Shown piece after piece: positions 46,401 through 57,026 of a DNA stretch of 64,000 nucleotides. A program made the position numbers and the translations under genes. This stretch comes from Tubulanus polymorphus (lineage: Eukaryota > Animalia > Nemertea): NCBI RefSeq assembly GCF_964204645.1, contig NC_134030.1, positions 22,032,210 through 22,096,209 on the forward strand. The letters are read 5' to 3'. How positions within the stretch are numbered: position 1 is the first letter of the stretch; the number at the start of each line of letters is the position of its first letter. The notes under the pieces are model-generated. The model had not been told where the DNA came from. It searched no databases and worked only from the letters and a program-made list of their open reading frames with translations.

Positions 46401-47939
46401 GGAAAAGGAATCAACACCCATGAAATATTCGGGTTTATTGAATTCATGTAATTGTGATAACAATTCTGATGTGAGTTTGATCTGATGTTACATGTGAATG
46501 ATATTGCTGTTTATAGTTTGGATGCATCAGTTTTTCAAGAATATTTCATTTCATTTTTCAGGCGAATTAAAAAAGCTCGGTTTCCTGGTAGATGAGTCGA
46601 GTAAGTAAATTATACAGTCATCACTTTCTGATTTAATAATCAAATCACAATTAAGTTTGGGATGAAATTAAGTTTCGTTTTCGTTGATGAGAAATCTGAA
46701 GTATGATTAAACCGGTTTAATCTGGATTAGCGGGACACCAGGATGAAATTCATGTAGTTTGAGAAATCCACATTTAAAATCGTATTCCATGAGATACAAG
46801 TTAATTGTTTGATAAAGATTAGTAACTGAATCAAATCTGGATTAAACTGATCTTGATTCAATAAGCTTGTTTGTATTTAATGTTCTAATCTCTACTGAAC
46901 AGTATCATCAACAATGTTTGATAATATATAATGAAATCACTCACTAAGAATAAAAAGAGTGCGAAATGTTTCCTTATAAAGTTTCCTAGATAATATTCGT
47001 TCAACATTTAAACAATATCATAATAGTCATCTCCAGGGTTACTGAGTGTTACAACAACAATTATTAGGTATTATTTATACAGCCCAGAACAAATGAACTA
47101 ATTAAGTGTTAAGATGTGACACAAACTATTTGTGTTTCATAAAATGCGTTACCTCTGTAAAATCAACTTATCATGGCTTCATCGTCATATGAATTGAAAT
47201 CTAATTACGGTGATAATATTCATCAGTGTTTGTTAAAAATAAGAAGTAATCGGGTCACCTATAAATGAACGCTTCAGCGCACACGAGTGCATTTTCTAAC
47301 CGACAACTCCATATCGGTAAACAGGTACAATGATCAAAAACCGAAATCTGGATTAAACTGATCTCTTTCCCGCATGGCATTGATCGATCTACCGATCTAT
47401 GATTTCGGTAGATCATTAAACGTCAGTTCATTCCTTTGTCGGAGATCTCATAAATATGTATGTGGTGTAAGAAACACTTTGGACTTAATAGAACACCCAG
47501 AAAAAATCAAAGCTAATTCTAACTGAATCAGGGGTGGAAATAGTTGAGGTATTATCAACCATTGTCACTGTTAACAGTAAAGCCGTAATTAGTTGAATTG
47601 TCAAGAGGTTGTGCATTTTATGAAACACACTGTAGCGGGTTATATATAGTTGTATAAAAACAGTTACAAGCTGAACACATCTAAAACAGAGTAAACTCTA
47701 GGGGCCACTGATAAACTATTGTGAATATAAGTTAAAGTTGACGGGTATCTACATTTAGGGAGTGTGCAGTTGTATTTGGTGTTTGGTTTATATTGTACAT
47801 ATATCTATTTATAGAAGCTCCTAGTCAGAGTAAAGAAACTGCTGCTAGTGATGGTCAAAGTGCTGCTGTTGATAGTCACACAAGTGATACCGTATCGAGT
47901 GGTGATCGTGAGTGGGTTCATATCGGTACACGAGTCTAG
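31489..47939 (+). CDS. R-long copy 2 (complete model, about 32 exons, about 940 aa): signal peptide, 4 Ig-like domains, TM, Cys-rich region, micro-exon tail ending GTRV*
   Basis: Exons: 31489-31603 (SP, RVKR), 32792-33082, 33180-33515, 34296-34631, 35507-35776 (Ig-like D1-D4), 36475-36573 (TM), 36663-36707, 37204-37296, 37378-37455, 37535-37546, 38591-38665, 38746-38787, 39547-39621, 39703-39744, 40865-40909, 41043-41117, 41423-41470, 41760-41789, 41868-41918, 42005-42061, 42469-42552, 42951-42998, 43086-43124, 44428-44481, 44566-44607, 44705-44746, 45462-45488, 45565-45594, 45901-45936, 46105-46158, 46562-46600, 47815-47939. All introns are phase 1. The ectodomain-TM part is well supported; its join to the micro-exon tail is inferred (an alternative stop is TGA 37570-37572). 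Confidence 0.7.
32100..32660 (-). mobile_element. Degenerate Penelope-like retroelement fragment (GIY-YIG C-terminus plus a hammerhead-like terminal motif)
   Basis: Minus-strand KKSALIIEHLENCH resembles the SAxxEH...H motif of PLE endonucleases; CTGATGA...CCGAAACGTTG lies downstream at about 32140-32185; absent from the copy-3 intron. Confidence 0.5.
32710..32833 (+). repeat. 82-bp repeat spanning the intron/exon boundary of Ig D1 (2 acceptors)
   Basis: Acceptors at 32709/32710 and 32791/32792. Confidence 0.85.
32792..33082 (+). CDS. R-long copy 2, Ig-like domain 1 exon
   Basis: VSITC...W...D.RKMYKCVAINSAG, an I-set-like D-x-x-x-Y-x-C-x-A-x-N-x-x-G signature; 291 nt, phase 1. Confidence 0.8.
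33180..33515 (+). CDS. R-long copy 2, Ig-like domain 2 exon
   Basis: LTCTC...VKWY...IQCRL; 336 nt, phase 1, donor gtaagt. Confidence 0.7.
34296..34631 (+). CDS. R-long copy 2, Ig-like domain 3 exon (paralogous to the R-Tyr Ig domain)
   Basis: EYTCRTVIGRPDP...W...FKADFKLHNGTSFRC; 336 nt, phase 1. Confidence 0.8.
34752..35415 (+). repeat. 51/52-bp intronic minisatellite, 13 units, containing tRNA A/B-box-like motifs (2 units at about 60410-60510)
   Basis: Unit GAGGGAGGAACGTGGCAGAGTCTCACGATGTCATCAGGTTCGAATCCCTGC(C). Confidence 0.9.
35507..35776 (+). CDS. R-long copy 2, membrane-proximal Ig-like/beta-sandwich domain 4 exon
   Basis: YIVTVNSYP...WNITI...DYRGQC; 270 nt, phase 1; 3' end of ORF 34729..35808. 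Confidence 0.7.
36475..36573 (+). CDS. R-long copy 2, transmembrane exon
   Basis: GIVFAVISILILLILIILFILCLCGC; tttcag / gtaagt. Confidence 0.8.
38217..39810 (+). repeat. Local duplication of a two-exon block (about 38217-38850 and 39151-39810)
   Basis: Two copies of the ...LLRWTSETWYEK and DHENWVKTRDQLQP exons; only one copy in R-long #3. Confidence 0.85.
43135..43780 (-). mobile_element. Degenerate non-LTR (LINE) ORF2 3' fragment with a (TA)n end
   Basis: Minus-strand KILDDCGLSYIWTQQ...IKHRILRD resembles C-terminal ORF2 motifs of CR1-group LINEs; lies at the breakpoint of the exon-block loss. Confidence 0.5.
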
Positions 47940-48984
47940 TACCTAGCCGTCGTTCCCCATAAGGGTTGATTTGACACTAAAATCAGTTGTTGCATTGCAA
48001 GAAACAGGAGTTAACCTTTAATGAACAGTTTATCATCAAACGTTGTAGGGAACCCGTAACAACGACTGGTATTCAGACTACTACACAGGATTATAACCGC
48101 CAGTCTCTAGTGGTGGCAGGGTCTGGGTGGAACTGGGTGTAACTCACAACTGTGGAACTGTGTTTTGTATCACGCTATTATTAAGATGTTTGTTAATCTC
48201 TTTTTGGGCTCGAATCATTGAGATTTTATACGAAAAGAAAAAGAAAAAGATATGAACACAGTTTCTAATAAAATCATTGAAATCTTTATCTTTGTTATTT
48301 GGTTGTATGTAATTTCTGCGCTATTTAATTACTGTAGATCATTGATTAATTATTGTTGAAACAATTAATTGTAATTACATTAGTTAATCATAAAAAATAT
48401 GTTCTGCTTTTACTAAAATACAGTGTAACTGAAGTAGATGAAATACAGTGTAACTGATCTATAGTGTAGCTGAAATACAGTGTAACTGAATGAATGTAGT
48501 ATTTTATTGTACCGTAGTTGTAACTTAATCCAGCAAAAATAAATTGTAAACGAAATTGCTTTTTGCTAAATCATCAGCGGTTGTTCTTGGGGAATATTAG
48601 GCCTACATTGTAGTCCAACTTACGCTGTATAACTGTATTATGATACAATGTAACTGGTTTACTGTTTTACATAAAATATTATGTTTTAAGTTAAAAACTG
48701 TAAAATGCATCACTGTTTGATTTGATAAGTTACTGATTCCATAAATTACTGCATTACTGATCGATTTCATTGATCATTGGAAAACTGTGATAAGTTTTAT
48801 TTCATTTAATTGAAAAAAATTTTGTAAAAACGTGACATTTTATGAAACCATTGATGCGGTTTATAAGATCAGCTACACGCGGACTCCTGGTAAAACTTCG
48901 TGCTGTATTTTTGCTAGAAATTGCTAACGATGTAACGTGCTAATTTCATTCGCTTAAATAAAAGAATTTATCTTTATAAATAAA

Positions 48985-49166
48985 TTCATTTATTTCTTTT
49001 CTATAAACTGCAGCCGGAGTAGATCCGACCCCGGGTCGGGTGAAGTTGACTCTTGGTCATCTCCAGTCTTACCAATAGCTTCCCGTTAACCCCAACTCTA
49101 GCCGAATAGGACTCGAACCTAAAATCTTCAGCGTGCCAGCCGAGCACGCTAACCACTAGACCATAC
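48985..49166 (-). mobile_element. tRNA-derived SINE (paralog of 23325-23505)
   Basis: A box TGGTCTAGTGG, B box GGTTCGAGTCC. Confidence 0.6.
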
Positions 49167-50543
49167 ACCAGTAGTTTGTAAGTGCGTGTCTGGTCAGGTG
49201 TGGTGAACATTTATCTGTGGTGACTATCAGTCGGGTGTGTGGCGACTGGTGACCATTCAGGTGCGGTGACTGTCGAGTCAGATGTGGAGACACTATTCAC
49301 TAACAGTACCCGCTCTATCATTCGGCGTCACAGTTACAGCAGTTTCAATGCAATTGTCAGGAAGTCGTTTTGTCCTGCAGCTCCTAAAAGTTCCTCTTTT
49401 TCCGTAGATGAAGTAGTCAAAATTACACCTTGTATCCATCTCTGACACTTCTGCCTTCCCGACATCGTGAATGTATTTTACAATCTCTCGTAAATTATCT
49501 TTTATATCTTTTATTGTATTTCACTAAGATTTTCTAATTGATATCTAAAAGTTTGATAATTTTTGATTTTTCAGTTTCTAAAAATGTATACCTTATTTTG
49601 AGTGGAATGGATTGATTTTAGTAGAGACCCGCAGTTTATGGAGCGTAGATGGATTATAAAAGTAATAGTTCATTGACTCCAATAGGTGTAAAATGCGATA
49701 CATTGTTAAACCATTCTTGTCGTACGTGGCGTTGACCTCTTTTACCCGACTGGTATTTCTTCACACCTAAAGGTGCTCGCACATGTCACCCGTTATATCA
49801 AACGAGCACCGATACCTCTTGTGAAAAAATCATGAAATTCAACGAAAAGCTTAAGATGTAACTGATTAAAGGTGAGTTTGTTGACGTATTTAACTCCACT
49901 CCAGTCGGATCTGTTCAACTCGGAGATAACCGTTCAACTCAGAGATAACCGTTCAACTCGGAGATAACCGATCAACTCGGAGATATCCGTTCAACTCAGA
50001 GATAACCGATCAACTCGGAGGTAAGCGATCAAGTCGGAGATAACCGCAACTCGGATGTTGAAATATGTTTTTACGGCAGTATTTAAGAAATACATATCAT
50101 CCAACTCGGATATCCCTCATCAAGTCGGACACTTTTTTTTGCGGTTCCAAAAGATCCGACTTGAGCGGAGTCTACTGTATTCAAGAATAAGAGTCAAACT
50201 TATACAGGCCTATATGCCACAATTTCATCTTTCATTTTCTGACCTAAATTCTAAAATTCTAGTGAAACTTTCGACGATTTTAAAACATTTTCAAGCGGTG
50301 AAAACTCTATATCTTGTACAAAAGAAAATTAGAAAGCTGGACTTTGGACCCCGGGGCTGATATGAAGGTCATACAATTATTGAAGGACGACCAGTGATTT
50401 TAACACCTTTCGCTTCCTGCTCAACGCTCGAATATATTGAATGTATCACCGGCGCTGATCATCAAAATCTTATCTTTAACTTCCTCAATTATCAGACCAA
50501 GTGGAACTCGATTATTTTCCTTTATTCTGTACTCTGTATCACA

Positions 50544-53500
50544 ATGATGAACACACGTTCGTTCTTGATAATATACACGATTTTATTACAACTTGGAAAC
50601 TTAAACAGCGCAGAAAAATCTGGAAATAAGACGCATAATTCAAGTAAGTCACTCGAACCAATGATAGCTTTTCTGTTGTGTCGATTTCATAGATTTCTGT
50701 CGATGATAATTCATGAACCTGAGGTATTACGCGCGTGACGTCACAGATCGTTTCACCGTCGGTGTTTGAGACTCCCGTACATAGGTCTAGCTATACTAAC
50801 AAATAGGGGATTTATCAAGGGCCAGTCATGTGAATAAATTACCGAGAAGATGTTGCAGGCCCGTATGCTGCCTTTCTTTGTTGTGGGCAGTTCTCGAGTA
50901 CTGGCGAGAGGAGGGGAGCGTTTTGTGGGGATTCCCCAAGAAAACTTTGATCATTTAAAGCCATCAGTTTGAATTCATTCTGGCTAATTTATGTATAGCT
51001 GTAAACAAACGACTGTGGAGGACGATACGTGATGGGAAATGTAGTCTAAAAATTCGAAACTAGAGATTTTGCTGGGGGGGTCACATTGTGGAAAAAGGAC
51101 CTCAATAGATTATTCGAAGTTTGTGCGTTTGTTTCATAGACTATTCATATTTATTTATTCGTTTCAGTGATTTATCCGAAGCCTGTTCCCGATGGAAAAC
51201 CCGATATTAAAACACAAGGACAATCGATTGAATATATTTGTAGAACTAGTGTTAAATATCCTACAGTTATATTCCAACAGAAGAGAAGAGATTCAGAACA
51301 ATGGGAAACAATTCCAGACGAACTGCTTCGTATAACTAGAAATGTGAAACATATTACTTCTGCTTCACTAGAATTCAAAGCAGATTTCAAACTGCACAAT
51401 GGAACAACATTTAGATGTCTCGTTCTTAAGGAAGGCCAAACAGATTTTGATTATCTTCAGTTTGATCTAATCGTAGTTCATCGAACTGGTAAGTAACATT
51501 TTTAAAATGTGAACCTTCCCAGTCTGGAATCCTGCTACTAAATAAACATCGAATCTATCAAAACAAATTAATATTGAAACACAGCGTCTCTGTTACTTTT
51601 AAATTACTTCGCAGTCAATTGCATGAATTTATAGTTTAGCAGCTACGTATCAAAAGTGCGTTTATTGTAGCGTATGACATGTACATTTTAATGCATTCTG
51701 GAATTTATAGAAATATCCTAACATTGACGGCCATACGACTCAGCGTGAAATTCATATTTCTGTTTAACGGATATATAGCCGACAGTTTAATTTGTTGTAG
51801 CTTCCTCTTTCATATACCCGTCATTTGTTCATCCATTTCTAATCTCCATACAAACATATCTTCTTGTGTCAACTACTAATTCCAAGGTCGCTTGATGAGT
51901 TGTTGATTTTAAATTTTGTATATTTGATATCTAAAAACCTGAATTTCTTCATTTAAAAAGTAAATATTTGTCGCCCTCGTCACTTTTGGAATTGGGAATA
52001 AGGCTTTTTATTTATGTCTTTTTATTTCAAAAGGGATGTAAAAATAATAAGTATCGGCCGTTCTTGTCACTTTACCAAAAAGGGGTCGATGAGGAACACC
52101 ATATTTCTTTGCGTGGCCTTAATGCACGCGTCAGTAAACTAACCAAACTAAACCAAACCACAAACAGTCTAAGTTACTTTCTTCATGTAATTGTTTTTCT
52201 CATTTCAGATTTGAATCAAATCCCGGCGACTGAAATCAGTAAATCAGGGTCAGTATCTATTTCACTTAGCGCACTACATAAATCATATCATATATGTAAA
52301 TCATTTCTTTGTTGTCGATGCTTTTTGTGAAATAATCTTGAATTGATATCTCACTCGTCTCATTGGCTTCCGATTAACAGTTCACCTATCATTATTCATC
52401 TCATTTTTCACATTTTGCCACAAAAGGTAACAGTACGGGCAATTGCAAAATATGTGACCTCGATATCGCTACCACGAGCCCTGCCTTTTCACATCTGGGC
52501 CCAGTTGCACAGTCATGGCTTAAGTCCAAAAGTGGTCTTAAATCTCATGACTGTTCTTAAGTTATTAGATTGATTTTAGAACTAAGTTGGTCTTAGACCA
52601 GTCTTAAGTCTGAGCCATGACTATGCAACTGGCCTCTGTTCTGCTGATTTATCTTAATTGTAAATTTCGTCCTTTTCATTCAGAGTTCGTCTGCTTACTG
52701 CTGAAAATGTGGCCTCGAAAAACAAGGTCATTATAAATTTAAGTAATAATCCAACAAACTTGTCAAATAAAGTCCCCGGATCCCAGACACAGAGTCGAAT
52801 TAAACCCACTGAACTGTGAACCTTGATTTAGGATATAAAAGCGAATTGAATTTTATGATATAAACTGAATGATTAATTGATTGATATTTGCAGCTTGTGT
52901 TGAGGTTTGATTCTATTCTTGTTTGTTTCTAGTTTATACTCGCGAATTGTCATCCGGTATATTCTACATCCTTCGAGTTTTCCTTTTTTTTCTTTCTCTG
53001 ACCAAATCGGTTTACAGACTGGACCGGACCACAAACCTGACTGGACCATGATGATAATTTACATCGCTTGTGGAGTTATAGGTTTCCTCCTCGTCATCGT
53101 TATCATCGTTGTCATCGTCATTTGCAGGTTTGTACTCAATAATCTCGGGCAGATTTCATATCTAAGATAATCCCCCTATGACGTCATATCAAAACGTGAA
53201 ATAATTTGATAAATCAGTGACGTTTCCCAAAAAGATGTCTTCATTCGTAAATTTGTATCTACCTATGCGCCGATTACTGGCTGAGTCAATCTCAAATCAG
53301 CAGGAATAATTCAATATAATGACCGAAATATCCGAAATCTAAAATCTCTTCACCGCTTAATAACCCATTTTTCAGACGCAGGCGATTGCCAGGTGAAGGT
53401 CGTGTGGAGGTTACGACACCGCAGGTACTCGACGTCTATGACGAGTTGTATGATGACATAGATTCTGTTACTGTGACTGACAAACTGCACACCAGCGATC

Positions 53501-53886
53501 AGAAAGTTACTACAGATCCGTACGTGAATATCGAGACCGGCTACGACAAAGACACAGCTCCGTACATGGATATGGCAGCCGCGAAGGGTAAAGACACAGC
53601 TTCATATATAGATATGGAAGCCGGGAAGGGCAAAGACACAACTCCTTATATGGATATGGGACCCGGGATAGAAGAGGATACGTACAGGAGTACGGAAACC
53701 GGGAAGGACAAACACACAACTCCTTACACGAATACCGGAGCCGAGAAGGACAAAGATAGACATAGTTACGTGAATACCGAAGCCGGAAAGGCGCGCCATT
53801 TGAAGAAAGATACTGATGAACCCGTGAAAGATGATGTTGAACTTTATTCTTACGCTACTGTTCAATATACTCGCAATAGGCGTTAG
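50544..53886 (+). CDS. R-Tyr copy 2: single-Ig receptor with a tyrosine-repeat tail
   Basis: Exons 50544-50643, 51168-51488, 52209-52248, 52684-52726, 53018-53127, 53376-53886; near-identical paralog of copy 1 (4 aa differences in the Ig exon, one extra Tyr in the tail). Confidence 0.8.
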
Positions 53887-56800
53887 AGAGCGCCATTGAG
53901 CAAACGACTACTGATTATACATATGCAAAACATAAGGCTAGAAACGATTGATTATTTTTCATAATCTGCTGAGCTCAAAAGTTGAATCAGCTGCATGCAT
54001 ACATTATTTCTTTCTAAAAATAACAGACCCGACAGTTTTAGTAATGAACTGACTACATATCTTATTCTAGTTCACAAAAATGTTCGGGCCGACTAGGAGA
54101 AACAATTAGGTATGATTCACTAGCCTAAGTTTTAAGTTTTTGATATACACGGCATTTGTAGATTAGACTAAGAAACATCAATCCACTTCAACAATCATTC
54201 AAATTCCACTTTTAGCAAAATCCACATGGAGAATGATTCAGTTTACAGGGCAGTATATATTTTATGATATTCAGCTACCAATGGCCTATAGTTCGTAGAC
54301 TCTTATGAGGAGTTTTAAGTGCCAAATTGACTTGTCAATCATCTTCAGGGGCGGATCCAAGTAAGGCCGAAGCCTCCCCTTATCTCTTTTGCCAAGAAAA
54401 TATTCTCACAACCCGGATTAGGAATGTAACAAATATAGTAGAAAGTCTTTGTCATTCATTTTGTTCTTGATTTACTCTAGATGCCCCCAGAAAATGATCA
54501 ATTCCTGATTCCCCTAAAAAGATATATAAAATATAGTACAATATTCGCATTCAATCAGTTTGTTTGTCTTATTCTTTTCTTGATGATTTCTTTTCTTTTT
54601 TCCTCTTAACTACTTCGGTCAAACAAGATACATTACACGATGGTAAAAGCTTTCCTAAAATAGATGTGTTTTAAGATTTCATTCAGAAGTATCGACGGAT
54701 GAGGATTCCGGAATACTGGACGGTCAAACATTCCACATTGTTGGGACAGTGAACTTCAAAGCTCTATTGCCAAATGACCTTCTTGGAGACAGGTTTGACT
54801 AGAGGTGTTATCATTTATATCGACTCGTATTCTATTCATCCATTATTAGATCAAGCACATTCTAATGATCTTAACATTTTATCAATATGTTCATTTCAGT
54901 TACTTTCACTTTGTCTCACTTTAAACCCTTGTTTTAGTCTCTGGTTTGCAGTTACACATTTTTTCATTTAATCAGACGGTTCACAGATCATTTCGTGCCT
55001 CGATATTTACCAACCAATCACTTCGTGCCTCGATATTTACCAACCAATGATATGTAGATGAACCGACCGATGTGTTTTACCAGGTGTTATCATTTATATT
55101 GACTCATATTCTATTCATGCACAGCGTTTATCGTTGACTCAATACATTTTCATAGTTCTATTATTCACCCTCTAAGGATTGTATTTTATAGGATACTTCC
55201 ATTTTTCCACATATTTTCTTCGGGCTGATAGAACATCTTATGTGAAGTTAACAATTGATCGATCAGATTTTTTGACTTTTTAAATGCATCAGAATCGAGG
55301 ATTAGTTGCTTTGTTTATGGATATTTAGAGTAGTTTCACTTTGTTTTTATTTCATTAAGGTAAAAATCATTTCCTCCTCTTTTCACATCTGGGTTTCGTT
55401 TCATGAAAAGTTTTAAGCTTTAGACAGTTAAATATGAATTGTTGTCCTCATTACAAACTTGAAGTAACCAATCATAGCAGCTGAACTTGAGAGATTCAAG
55501 TTATTTTTACTCTGTTTTGTAATATTGGACCCTGAGCGAGACTCCTGGTTTTGATGTACACATGTCTTGTATGCAGTGACTATCCATCACTTGGACGTTA
55601 CCAAAAATACAAATGAAATTGAAATGCTGGTCGAATTTATACTAGGAATAGTTCGTTAACTCATTCGTCGCCTAGGAATCGAATTGACGTTTCGTCTTCG
55701 TAGTTCTCAACTTCCGCGACGATTCTAAAATGAGAACTACTAAACCGAAACGTAATTTCGATTCCTAGGTAGTTAAAGAAATACGATCTTATTCCTAGAA
55801 TTAATTCGGCCATCATATCGCAAACCCCCAATCAGTCGCTTGCCGGCTCTGCCAAGACTGAAGATCCTTTCAGAATCGAATCAATTATACCAAGATAAGA
55901 TATTTATTTCACTCCAACCATAAGAATGGTACATGGAGGCAAGATTGAATACAAAATATGAAATATAAAAATTTACAAAACATAAACAGAATTTTATACA
56001 TATATACTTTCAGACGAAGCAAATGGGAAAATAATTCTATAACAAAGTTAAGATCCAATTTTTCAGTAAAACAATTTACAGACAAAGCAAGTACAGAGAT
56101 TGAATTATATACAGCAAAATATACCACACGTATATACATATACACAATTTACTGGAGGGATTTTTATAAACTTAAACCTAACTCGATAAATTGAGCTATT
56201 TGTGGGGTAGGATTCGTTAATATTTCAGAGTTTCTGGATGTACTTAAATGGATGGAATTATCACGCATATCATATAACATTAATGAAATGCAGGTCATCT
56301 CCTCTCTGACTACGTTACAGGCGGGGCACAGTCTTTCACTTCTGTATGAGCGTTCGATCGATTATCTACCGGTAACAAATAGGAACCAATTCTGAATTCG
56401 AATGAGCTATAACGCGCAAGACGATACTTTCAAATTTTCAGATATTTTCTTGAACATGTGAATTTAAAAATCGATCATGTATAAGTTTGTTAGACTTTTA
56501 AGTGCATATCAGAATGGGTTCACTTAGAATGGTTTAGTTTGATAGAATAGTTTTACTTTTCTGATAAACCGTTTTTTTTTTTCATTAAGGAAAAACTCAC
56601 TTTTTCCTAGACTCACTACACACCAGAGTTTGGTTTACTCCAGACGGTTATATTTGAAATCCATTATGAGTTTGAATTACTGTCCTCATTAAAAACTTAA
56701 GTCCTCACCTCATCAAGTTTTCTTCACCTTTTTTTGTGAATCGGACCCTGACCTACTAGTCTCCTAGACTTGATGTATATCTGTCTGCGGTAAAACCAGA

Positions 56801-57026
56801 ACACTTTTAATTTTTGAACACCATTAATTTTCTATTCTTTTTGCATACCGGTAGAGATATTTACATCTTAACAATTGAACACCTCGTCTATAGAATTTCA
56901 AAAAAATGCTTGTCGACAAGAGGTTCCCTGTGCAAGAGCGTCGTTGTAAGATGTGTTTAACTGTTTTCTGTATGTGATGATGATCTGAAGTTTGTGTCTA
57001 TATTTCCAGGTAATGAATGAATCAAG

